Assembly: GCA_964373795.1 (NCBI GenBank) | Contig: CAYJVY010000004.1 | Coordinates: forward strand, 60,001 to 92,000 | DNA: 32,000 nt | Source: an uncultured archaeon | GTDB taxonomy: Archaea > Iainarchaeota > Iainarchaeia > Iainarchaeales > DATDZZ01 | Direction: 5' to 3' | In this document: positions 17,228-25,279 of the stretch, piece after piece | Layout: each line of letters opens with the position of its first letter | Numbering within the stretch: the stretch's first letter is position 1 | Position numbers and translations under genes: made by a program | The notes under the pieces: generated by a model | The model's input: the letters and a program-made list of their open reading frames with translations, nothing else | Database searches by the model: none | Told to the model about the DNA's origin: nothing

Positions 17228-17532
17228 AAAAAATAAGATGCCCTTGCGGAGGCGTGTTTGAAGAAAAAAAAGTAAAGACTGAAGGATTTTTAGTTGATGG
17301 ACTAAAATGCAACATGTGTGGGGAGATTACTTTTTCCTTACAACAATTCAAAAAAGTTTTCAGGTTTAGACAGTTAGCAAAAGAAATTGACTCAACAAAA
17401 AAAATTGTTCAAATTGGAAACTCAATTGGCTTAATTCTTCCAAAAGGAATAGAAAAACTTGGACTCAAAGTTGGCGATAAAGTAAAACTAAAACTGGAAA
17501 ACAAGAAAAAGATGGAACTAATTTTAGAGTAA
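17224..17532 (+). CDS. Putative antitoxin: N-terminal Cys4 zinc ribbon fused to C-terminal AbrB/SpoVT domain
   Basis: CPCGG...x...CNMCGE is a MqsA/YgiT-like zinc ribbon. VQIGNSIGLILPKGIEKLGLKVGDKVKLKL is an AbrB/SpoVT swapped-hairpin motif. Confidence 0.6.
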   Translation: MKKIRCPCGGVFEEKKVKTEGFLVDGLKCNMCGEITFSLQQFKKVFRFRQLAKEIDSTKKIVQIGNSIGLILPKGIEKLGLKVGDKVKLKLENKKKMELILE

Positions 17533-17588
17533 TTCAAAGGAAATCTTCTCTGAAAATGCATTTAAACAAATTCTGTTAAAAGTTTTTA

Positions 17589-18836
17589 ATGACTGTAACT
17601 CCTTCTCCAAAGGTTTGCATTAAATGCAAGGGCCGTTTGTGGTGCGGGCCAAAGTGTTTTATTCTTGAAAAGTTTGAACACAAAAAAAGCTTAGTACAAA
17701 AAGCTGGAAAAGAATTTCAAGGAAACTCTCCTCCAGGAGTTTTCGTTTCCTGGCAAAATTATCCAAACATTTCAATTGCTCCACTCAGTCCAACTCAAAT
17801 TGTTGAAAACGCAGATTTATTAGACAATCCAGAAAAATGGATTACTCTTTCAAGCGAAAAAATTGTTTCCTTCCGCGAACAACTCATTAGGCCAACTGAA
17901 AAAATTTTTGCAAAACAAGCAGCAAATCCAAGCAACAGAGTGCAAAAAATTCAAGAAATTGTAATGACTGAAAAAAGCCCTGTAATGGAAATTTCTCTTC
18001 AAAGAGAGCCAAACACTGAACTACGCTTTAGTGATTCCACTGCACCGATTGGTCCAAGCGCTCCATTAAAAGAATTTCATGTAACAGAAAATGTGAAAAT
18101 TGATTCAAAAATTGACTACATTGTTTCGGATACGGATTTGAAGGCAAACCTTGGGCTGAAAGAATTGTATGAGAAAGGAATTCAAGTAAGCAGGCTGGAA
18201 AAATTGATAAGTGCTGGATTGCTTGGAGTGAAGAAAAATCGAAAATTTACGCCGACAAGATGGTCAATTACTGGAACACATTCCAATCTTTCACTGCAGA
18301 TGATTGACAGGATTCGCGAATTTGAAGAAATTGACTGCTGTAAAGTTTTCCAATCACACTATTTGGACAATCATTGGTTTATTTTGCTGATTCCACGCTC
18401 GTGGAGTTATGAACAAATGGAAGTCTACAGGCCTGGAGCAAGTTGGAATTTGTTCGGAAAAGACATAGAAATTTCTTCAGATTATGAATTCTTTGAAGGC
18501 AGAAAAAATTATGCCGAGAATGTTGCAGGAGGATATTATGCTTCAAGGCTTGCAATCTGCGAATATTTGGAAAAAGTACAAAAACAGGCAAGTGTTGTGA
18601 TTTTCCGAGAAATCGGACCAGAGTATAAAGTTGGATTGGGAGTTTGGCAGTGTTTGGAAAATTGTAGAAACGCAATGCAGAATTCCCCACAAGATTTTCC
18701 GAATTTGAATTCCTCTCTTGAATTTATTTTTTCAAATCTTACTATTCCACGCAAGTTTTGGCTGGAAACAAGCAAAGTTTTAAAATTTATTAAAACCCAA
18801 ACCAGGATTACTGATTGGTTTAAAGCAAAGGCTTAA
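17589..18836 (+). CDS. nreA: Archaeal Nre-family protein (DNA repair-associated NreA)
   Basis: 415 aa. The N-terminal CIKCKGRLWCGPKCFIL Cys cluster and PPGVFVSWQNYPNISIAPLSP match my recollection of the Nre_N signature (C-x2-C...LCG...CP; PS-VFVG-x-x-YP-x-V-x-x-GPL). Confidence 0.55.
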   Translation: MTVTPSPKVCIKCKGRLWCGPKCFILEKFEHKKSLVQKAGKEFQGNSPPGVFVSWQNYPNISIAPLSPTQIVENADLLDNPEKWITLSSEKIVSFREQLIRPTEKIFAKQAANPSNRVQKIQEIVMTEKSPVMEISLQREPNTELRFSDSTAPIGPSAPLKEFHVTENVKIDSKIDYIVSDTDLKANLGLKELYEKGIQVSRLEKLISAGLLGVKKNRKFTPTRWSITGTHSNLSLQMIDRIREFEEIDCCKVFQSHYLDNHWFILLIPRSWSYEQMEVYRPGASWNLFGKDIEISSDYEFFEGRKNYAENVAGGYYASRLAICEYLEKVQKQASVVIFREIGPEYKVGLGVWQCLENCRNAMQNSPQDFPNLNSSLEFIFSNLTIPRKFWLETSKVLKFIKTQTRITDWFKAKA

Positions 18837-18876
18837 ATTTATTGAATTAGCAATTATTATAGGAAGTGATGAATTT

Positions 18877-19533
18877 ATGCCAGGGCACGAGCCACCAAAA
18901 AAGCCAAGGACAGGGAAAACCACTAGGACTGTTAGACTTCCGCCTGGAAAAACTCCAGATAATACAAGGGAGCTTTTAAGAGAAATTGGTATTAATGTTC
19001 CAAAAACAGAAAAAAGGCCTACAACTGTAAATGTTAAAGACATGGATTTGAAATTAACAGAAGCACAATCAATTGCTTTAAGCTGGGCGCAACATTTGAA
19101 CAGCGTGCCACATATAAAAGATGTTGCTGATGCATTGGACACAAAATTAAGACAAAAAGGCATTAACACCAGAAAAGTTATAAGAGAATTCCCACAAGAC
19201 AGGACTTCAAAAACAAACATTGCTATTACAAGATACAGGCTAATAAGGACAGCAAAAGAAATATGGTATGCAAAAGAAGAGTTGAAAAACAACACTGATC
19301 CAGAAAAGGTTGATGAATTGAAGGAAAAAATTCGCGCTGCTGAAAGAAAACTTACAATTGGATTAGATGCAAGCTGGAGATTTTTCGAAGGCATGGCAAT
19401 AAAAAGCCGTAATCCAGTGCTTAGAGAGTTTGCAGACGAATTGCATGCTCTTTATGACCCAACAAAAAAAGTAAGGGAAGAATTTGTAGAACTTATTGGC
19501 AGTACAAGCAAAAGAGCGCACAAACCACAATAA
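18877..19533 (+). CDS. Basic protein of unknown function, paralog family member A
   Basis: 218 aa. Shares four collinear blocks with the 20950 protein: LLREIGINVPK/LLRDIGIRVPK, IALSWAQHLNSVPHIK/IILGWAKEVNANPEIK, IAITRYRLIR/ITIAKYRLIR and NPVLREFADEL/NTGLRAFVNEL. Confidence 0.65.
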   Translation: MPGHEPPKKPRTGKTTRTVRLPPGKTPDNTRELLREIGINVPKTEKRPTTVNVKDMDLKLTEAQSIALSWAQHLNSVPHIKDVADALDTKLRQKGINTRKVIREFPQDRTSKTNIAITRYRLIRTAKEIWYAKEELKNNTDPEKVDELKEKIRAAERKLTIGLDASWRFFEGMAIKSRNPVLREFADELHALYDPTKKVREEFVELIGSTSKRAHKPQ

Positions 19534-19644
19534 AAAAGCAAGCCAGCCTGAAAAGTAATGCCTGCAAAAACAGAAAAGAATTACTGAATGACTGCAAGCA
19601 AAAACTTAAATCAAGCAATGCCTAAATTTATTTAAGGCGAAAAA

Positions 19645-20328
19645 TTGCATAAACCTGTAAAACCATTAAAACATAGTGTAAAGCCAGTGGAACATCCTGT
19701 AAAAGAAGAGCCCAAAACTGTTACAGCCACACATGTTTTTCGTATTCCAAGAGAAGAAAAAACAGAGTCAAGACCTATTACACGAAAAAGAGTAATTAAA
19801 AGAGAAGAACTACTTAAACCAAAATTTCATGCAATTCTAAGAAAATGGTTTAATCATTTAAGAAAATTTAAAAAAATAACTCAGTTAGCTGCAAGAATAA
19901 AGATTCCAGAGCCTTTAACTGAATTAGAAGAAATATATGGAAATACATTTGACAGAACATTAAAAGAATTAGCAAGACTATTAAAAAGAGAACTAATCCC
20001 TGAAGAAAAAATTGCGTTATACATGTCAGCAATTATAAGAAAATCAGTTAATGTTGCGAGAAGCAAATCTGGAACAGAGTTCCTTGAAGGCTTTGAAGAC
20101 TTAAAAGATTTTTTCTTTTCATCAAATTATTTTAATTTATTTGATTCAAAGCATTCACTTGGAAAAGAATTCATGGAAGAATTAAATCAATTCAGGCAAG
20201 CTCCTGAAACAATGCTTGAAGCAGTAACAGAAATGCTGCAAGAAACAGATAAAGAAAAAGAATTACAAGAACTAGCTAAACAATTACCTGGCATTAAAAG
20301 AATGCATTTACCTGAATTCAAAAAATAG
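19645..20328 (+). CDS. Basic protein of unknown function (TTG start)
   Basis: 227 aa. The N-terminus has a repetitive KPVKPLKHSVKPVEHPVKEEPK stretch. No recognisable domain. Confidence 0.5.
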   Translation: MHKPVKPLKHSVKPVEHPVKEEPKTVTATHVFRIPREEKTESRPITRKRVIKREELLKPKFHAILRKWFNHLRKFKKITQLAARIKIPEPLTELEEIYGNTFDRTLKELARLLKRELIPEEKIALYMSAIIRKSVNVARSKSGTEFLEGFEDLKDFFFSSNYFNLFDSKHSLGKEFMEELNQFRQAPETMLEAVTEMLQETDKEKELQELAKQLPGIKRMHLPEFKK

Positions 20329-20339
20329 AAGGAAAATAA

Positions 20340-20924
20340 ATGTTAAAAAGAAATCGTCCCTCGGTTAAAACTCAAATTGAAAGATTTCCAAGAATTGCTT
20401 TAGAAGAAATGTTTTGGCAAAAACAACCAAGAAAACCTCTACGTAAAGCCGGAACAAATAGAAAACCAAATTCAGTTCAAATTACTAATCCAATAAAAGG
20501 ATTAAAAGGAGAAAGAAGTTCAATTCACACACATATAGGGGCAACACATGCAAATATTTCAAAAATAAGCCTTCCTTCAGCAGCTGATTTAGCTGCAATG
20601 GTTATTCAAGTTTTTTCAAGGCCTAGAACAATTAGAACTCATGCAATTGCATTAATAAACAAACAAGGAAAAGTAATTGGATATAAAGTAATTCGCATTC
20701 CAACAATTCTTTGGAGAAAAATGAGAACAAAAAAATACTTGCAAGACAAGCGAATTAAAAGATTAATGCATTTAGCTGTTTCAATAGGTTTTTTTGGAAA
20801 CAAAAAGAAAAAATATTTAAAAGAAAGACTAGAAATGCAGAGATTACTTGAAGAACTTGAAGTGCAAACAAGGTTTGTAAAAATTCCTTTAAAAGCAAGC
20901 AGAAAAAAACAACAAAAGCCTTAA
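20340..20924 (+). CDS. Basic protein with JAMM-like H-x-H...S-x-x-D motif (possible divergent JAB/MPN)
   Basis: 194 aa. E22/E23 ... SSIH(63)TH(65)IGATHANISKISLPS(80)AAD(83)L parallels SIHSHPSYINLPSNADL of the 543-908 JAB protein, but with 14 residues between the second His and Ser instead of 7. Confidence 0.5.
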   Translation: MLKRNRPSVKTQIERFPRIALEEMFWQKQPRKPLRKAGTNRKPNSVQITNPIKGLKGERSSIHTHIGATHANISKISLPSAADLAAMVIQVFSRPRTIRTHAIALINKQGKVIGYKVIRIPTILWRKMRTKKYLQDKRIKRLMHLAVSIGFFGNKKKKYLKERLEMQRLLEELEVQTRFVKIPLKASRKKQQKP

Positions 20925-20949
20925 ATACCTTAAATTCAAAGGATATTTA

Positions 20950-21468
20950 GTGAGAAAAATGAGAAGAGAAACAACTAGAAGAATTGGACTCAAAAAAGAA
21001 AAGACAGAAAAACTTCTTAGAGATATAGGAATTAGAGTGCCAAAACCTCCATCAAAACCAGAAAAAGCAAGACAAATTATTTTAGGATGGGCAAAAGAAG
21101 TTAATGCCAACCCTGAAATAAAAAAAACTGGAGATAGTATAAGTTCAGAAGAAAGAACAAAAATGACAGATACAATAAGAAGAGTTAAAAGTGGAACTAG
21201 ACAAGAACTTACAATAGAAGAACATATTACAATAGCTAAATACAGGTTAATAAGAATGTTTAGAAGGGCAGCAGAAAATAAAACAATAAAATCATTAGTT
21301 ATAGACGGATTAAGAATTGCTACTGCTGATTTTGAAAAACTTCTTCAAAGAAATCCAAGCAATACAGGTTTAAGAGCATTTGTCAACGAATTAACAGATT
21401 TAACAACAGACAGTCTTCTACTAGACTCAGTATTTCAAACAGTTGGATCAGTCAAAAAAAAGCCATAA
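20950..21468 (+). CDS. Basic protein of unknown function, paralog family member B
   Basis: 172 aa (GTG at 20950, alternative ATG at 20959). Collinear motif blocks are shared with the 18877 protein. Confidence 0.65.
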   Translation: MRKMRRETTRRIGLKKEKTEKLLRDIGIRVPKPPSKPEKARQIILGWAKEVNANPEIKKTGDSISSEERTKMTDTIRRVKSGTRQELTIEEHITIAKYRLIRMFRRAAENKTIKSLVIDGLRIATADFEKLLQRNPSNTGLRAFVNELTDLTTDSLLLDSVFQTVGSVKKKP

Positions 21469-21551
21469 ATTTAATATTCTTTTTAGACACCAAAAATTTG
21501 ACAATTCTTCCATAGCAAGCTTTAAATATTTCAAAACATTTTATTTTTTCT

Positions 21552-21758
21552 ATGCTGGATAATATTTTGAATCTCCATTATGGAGAAAGAAAAAGAGTAA
21601 ATCAAGAACTTCGTGCTTTCAGAGTTCCAATCCAAGTAATAGGAAACATGCCTGAAAAAGAACAACTTGAATTGCTTTCAACACTGAAAACAAAGAAAAG
21701 AAAAACTGAAATCGACTTCATTATAGAAGAATTAAGAACTAAATACGAAGACAAATAA
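21552..21758 (+). CDS. Small hypothetical protein
   Basis: 68 aa ORF, same strand as the cluster, K/E-rich, no motif. Confidence 0.4.
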   Translation: MLDNILNLHYGERKRVNQELRAFRVPIQVIGNMPEKEQLELLSTLKTKKRKTEIDFIIEELRTKYEDK

Positions 21759-21911
21759 AAAAACTATTTCAAAAACATTTAATCAGTAAGAATTCTTTTT
21801 TGCCGTATTACAGGTAGAACATGCAAGTAAGCTCTTTCATCTCTCCAAGTTTGACGCCTTAAAGCAAAAACCATTAAATACTATAAAAGAAGAATTATTT
21901 AAGGGAAATAA

Positions 21912-22394
21912 ATGCGAATTCAATCTATTAGAGAACTGCTTTTAAGAAGAAGAGAATTAAAAACACAGATTAGAGAAAAACTTGAAAAAGATAAAGCAAA
22001 AATGTTGACTCGAACAAGACAAGGACTAAATTTTTGGGCTAAAAAAATTAAATCAGATGAAGAGCTTTCTCAAGCAGTAAAAGCAGTTGGACTTACTGAA
22101 GAAGCAAAAGTATTAGCTCAAAACCTTAGAGGAAGGGATGCAACAGTCGGAGATGAATTAAATTTTGAAATGCTTAAACTAATTACTCTTGGAAAATCAG
22201 TTGCATTAGGAAAAAAAGGAAAAGAGCTTCTACAAAAAGAATTCAGAAAAATGTTAAGAGAATTAGAAATATTATTTGATGAAAATCCTGAAAACGAAGA
22301 CTTAGGGAACTTTTTACTTGAAATGCTTATTTGGAGTCATAACCCAGATTCATTTATTCAAGTAATTAAAGAACAATTATCAAAACCAAAATAA
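21912..22394 (+). CDS. Protein of unknown function, probable distant paralog C of the 18877/20950 family
   Basis: 160 aa. LNFWAKKIKSDEEL, FEMLKLITLGK and NPENEDLGNFLLEML occur in the same order as the W-A-K/Q, Y-R-L-I and NP..L..F..EL blocks. An AAGGGA Shine-Dalgarno lies upstream. Confidence 0.55.
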   Translation: MRIQSIRELLLRRRELKTQIREKLEKDKAKMLTRTRQGLNFWAKKIKSDEELSQAVKAVGLTEEAKVLAQNLRGRDATVGDELNFEMLKLITLGKSVALGKKGKELLQKEFRKMLRELEILFDENPENEDLGNFLLEMLIWSHNPDSFIQVIKEQLSKPK

Positions 22395-22423
22395 AGATTA
22401 AATCAAAATTGTTAATCTATTAA

Positions 22424-22795
22424 TTATTTAACAAATTCAACATTTTCAAAATGCTCGAATTGTTTGTCTCCAGTGAGGAACTTTACATGTAAACGTTTTG
22501 CAACAACATACCCTATACAGTCTGCCATTGAAAGATTTGATTTTTTGTTGTCAAATCTAAAATTTGCAGCAAATTTTATGTCAGTGTCATCAAAGTCAAC
22601 TACAAACTTTTTAAATCTTTGAAGAAGTTCTTCTGCTTTTTCAAAGCCAAAGTCTTTCAATGAACCATAGTATATTTCAAACAAATTAAGTTTTGTTAAA
22701 ACAACAATTGAATCAAAATATACCTTATAATTCTCATTTTTTTTAGCTATTGAAAATATAGCATAAGAATCAAAAAAATAAACCTTATCTGCTAT
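22424..22795 (-). CDS. vapC: PIN-domain toxin (VapC-like); N-terminus lacks a canonical start codon
   Basis: The track ORF (22424-22684) starts at an internal TTG. The open frame continues upstream as ..IFIADKVYFFDSYAIFSIAKKNENYKVYFDSIVVLTKLNLFEIYYG. This restores the full PIN acidic quartet D(FFDS)-E(LFEI)-D(MADC)-D(TGDK). Only ATT, ATC and ATA are available as starts before the stop at 22820-22822. Confidence 0.6.
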   Translation of the reverse strand: MADKVYFFDSYAIFSIAKKNENYKVYFDSIVVLTKLNLFEIYYGSLKDFGFEKAEELLQRFKKFVVDFDDTDIKFAANFRFDNKKSNLSMADCIGYVVAKRLHVKFLTGDKQFEHFENVEFVK

Positions 22796-23009
22796 AAAGA
22801 TCTCTCCTAACTGAATCCTTTATTTCTTGAGCGGATTTTTTTACACTTTTTGCAAATCCAAAAATTTCTCTTAAATCATTTGTTTTTTTGGCAAAAATTA
22901 CTGTAATTTTTTCATTCTCTTTAAGATGCTCTTTTTCAACAATCTCTTTTGGAATAATAACTCCAAAAGAATTCCCCCACTTTTTTATAACCACGCTACG
23001 CTCAGACAT
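22785..23009 (-). CDS. vapB: AbrB/SpoVT-domain antitoxin (VapB-like)
   Basis: The ATG at 23009 is preceded by a GGTGG Shine-Dalgarno. MSERSVVIKKWGNSFGVIIPKEIVEKEHLKENEKITV is an AbrB/MazE-type fold motif. The gene overlaps the PIN reading frame. Confidence 0.7.
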   Translation of the reverse strand: MSERSVVIKKWGNSFGVIIPKEIVEKEHLKENEKITVIFAKKTNDLREIFGFAKSVKKSAQEIKDSVRRDLYSR

Positions 23010-23074
23010 TAAACCACCAATAAAATAGTTATACAAAGTATAATTTAAATGTATCGAAAATAGCTAACAAATAT

Positions 23075-24040
23075 TTACTGTTTTTTTTGAGGCATGAATT
23101 GCACTAAAAGCGCTTCTAATTGAATTCTTTCATTAGCGCCTTCTACAATTCGAAAATCATATTCGCCTATTTTGTCTACTAAAAAGATTTTTGTTTTTGC
23201 ATCCACATGCTTTTCATCTAAATCCATTAACTCTTTATACAATTGAGTTATTACGTCTTCGCCGGACATGCCAAATTCATACAACAATAAATCTAGTTTT
23301 TCTCTGGCCTTCAAAAAATCTCCTTTTAAAGCCAATAAAATCATTTCCTTAACTTGTTCTGGCCTTGCTCTTGAAGCAACATTAAAAATTACTTCCTCTG
23401 AAATTTTTTCTTCAAGAGAAGCAGCTGATTGAAGAACATTAATTGCTTTTCTTACATCTCCTTCAGCTACGTAAACAATTGCATTCAAAGCCTTTTCCTC
23501 TACTTTTAATTTTTCTTTTTCAATTATTTCATTCAATTTTTCTTTAACTTTTTCACTAGATAAAGGCCTAAAACGAAAAACAACACATCTAGACTGAATT
23601 GGTTCAATTAATTTACTTGAATAATTGCAAGACAAAATAAAGCGAGTTGTTTTAGTGTATTTCTCCATGGTTCTACGCAAAGCCTGTTGAGCATCACTTG
23701 TTAAAGCATCTGATTCATCTAAAAAAATTATTTTAAATTTTGCATTCAAAGCCAATGTTCGCGCAAAATCCTTTATAGTTGAACGAACAACATCAATTCC
23801 TCTTTCATTACTTGCATTTAATTCTAAAAAGTTTTGCTCAAATGCTTCTCCAAAAAGCTCTCTAGCTAAAGCAATTGAAGCAGAAGTTTTTCCAACGCCT
23901 GCAGGCCCGGAAAACAACATGTTAGGCAAAGAACCTTTTAAAATATATGACTTCAATCGCTTAGTTATTTCTTCTTGACCAATTACTTCATCTAATTTGT
24001 GCGGCCTGTACTGTTCAATCCAAGGCAATCCAATCTTCAT
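23075..24040 (-). CDS. rfcS: Replication factor C small subunit
   Basis: 321 aa. PWIEQYRP, Walker [10 protein letters not shown], Walker [15 protein letters not shown] motif [10 protein letters not shown] and GDVRKAIN. No intein. Confidence 0.9.
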   Translation of the reverse strand: MKIGLPWIEQYRPHKLDEVIGQEEITKRLKSYILKGSLPNMLFSGPAGVGKTSASIALARELFGEAFEQNFLELNASNERGIDVVRSTIKDFARTLALNAKFKIIFLDESDALTSDAQQALRRTMEKYTKTTRFILSCNYSSKLIEPIQSRCVVFRFRPLSSEKVKEKLNEIIEKEKLKVEEKALNAIVYVAEGDVRKAINVLQSAASLEEKISEEVIFNVASRARPEQVKEMILLALKGDFLKAREKLDLLLYEFGMSGEDVITQLYKELMDLDEKHVDAKTKIFLVDKIGEYDFRIVEGANERIQLEALLVQFMPQKKQ

Positions 24041-24142
24041 CTAATCACAACATCAAAGTAAGTATATTCTAAAAAGTAACGCTTTTAATTTAATAGTAGT
24101 TAAATATTTTAAAGAATCAAAGTAGAAGTTAAAGGTGTTTTT

Positions 24143-24493
24143 TTGACTGTAAAAGAAGAAAAAGGAATTCACATTGTTACTTCAAATTTTATTCCAGGAT
24201 TCAAAGTCAAAGAAGTGAAAGGACTTGTATGGGCAAGCAGCGTTAGATCAAAGTTTTTCTTAGAAGACTTAAAAGCCCACATTAGAATGTTTTTAGGCGG
24301 AGAAGTAAACGAATACACTAACTTGTTAAACGAAGGCAGATGGGAAATAATGAATAAATTAAATTCAAATGCAAAAAAAATGAATGCAAATGCAGTAATT
24401 GACATGAAAATGGCTACAAGTCAATTAATTGGTTCAACAGTTGAAATGCTTGCATATGGAACTGCTGTAGTCATTGAAAAAGAAAAAAAGTAA
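24143..24493 (+). CDS. YbjQ/UPF0145 family protein
   Basis: 116 aa (TTG start). VTSNFIPGFKVKEVKGLVWASSVRS...GGEVNEYTNLL...ANAVIDMKM...MLAYGTAVV matches the UPF0145 pattern. Confidence 0.7.
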   Translation: MTVKEEKGIHIVTSNFIPGFKVKEVKGLVWASSVRSKFFLEDLKAHIRMFLGGEVNEYTNLLNEGRWEIMNKLNSNAKKMNANAVIDMKMATSQLIGSTVEMLAYGTAVVIEKEKK

Positions 24494-24506
24494 CTGTGAT
24501 GCTTAA

Positions 24507-25223
24507 ATGAATGAAAACCAAGAATTTAAAGAAGAAGTAAAAAAATTCATTAAAGTTACAGGCCCACTTGAAGCACTAAAATCAAATGAAGAATTTCATC
24601 CATTCAAAATTGCTCGAACATTTATATTGTTTGCAGCAACTTATTTAATTTTATATTTTGGAGTAATTCTAAGTGTTCCATTGCATGGATTTTTAATTGA
24701 TGTATTAACTGCTGCAAACACTTTTCTGCCAATTTTTTGGCCAATTAAATCACTTGTTGAAACAATTCTTCCTTTAGGGAAATGGGATTCTCCAATGTAT
24801 TTCTTGCTTCCAATTCCTGGATTCTTTTTAATGTATTACTTAACTGATTGGTTAGATGAATTCTTTGAATTAAACGACGACTTTCACAACAAGTTATTTG
24901 TATTAGTTTTCTGGATTCTGGTATTAGCAGGATATGCTATTAGCTTGCTATGGTATTACTATAATTTTTATGTTTTAACACTAAACAATTACGCTCAATT
25001 AAAAGAAATAGGACTAAGTTTTACCCAATACTTATTTGGAGGACAATTATCCAATGGGCAAACCTATGGAGGAACTGGATTCAATTATTGGGGAGAATTA
25101 AAAAACTCAGCATATCTAGTTTTCTGCATTGCTGCATTTCTTGCATGGATTTCCAGAAAATTCGTGAAAAACATTATAGATGCAAAAATTAAAAGGTTTA
25201 TTAAAACAGAAAATGCCGAATAA
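24507..25223 (+). CDS. Membrane protein of unknown function
   Basis: 238 aa, about 5 hydrophobic helices, aromatic-rich, no motif. Confidence 0.5.
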   Translation: MNENQEFKEEVKKFIKVTGPLEALKSNEEFHPFKIARTFILFAATYLILYFGVILSVPLHGFLIDVLTAANTFLPIFWPIKSLVETILPLGKWDSPMYFLLPIPGFFLMYYLTDWLDEFFELNDDFHNKLFVLVFWILVLAGYAISLLWYYYNFYVLTLNNYAQLKEIGLSFTQYLFGGQLSNGQTYGGTGFNYWGELKNSAYLVFCIAAFLAWISRKFVKNIIDAKIKRFIKTENAE

Positions 25224-25279
25224 ACGATTACGTTTGATTTAAAATACTTTTTTAAATCAATTTAAGGGAGGCGAAGTAA

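Noticed and set aside
18780-19394. 204-aa minus-strand ORF
   Set aside because: It is antisense to the 18877-19533 gene, and its low-complexity S/F/L-rich translation has no motif. It is opened only by the purine-rich, higher-GC sense strand. The sense ORF has a clear paralog at 20950-21468, so the sense strand is the coding one.
16902-23036. Calling the TA-flanked region an integrated mobile element or provirus
   Set aside because: I could identify no integrase, transposase, tRNA target, terminal direct repeats, or capsid or terminase genes. Only the TA flanks and a compositional shift support it, so it is reported as an accessory-type island hypothesis and not as a mobile_element feature.
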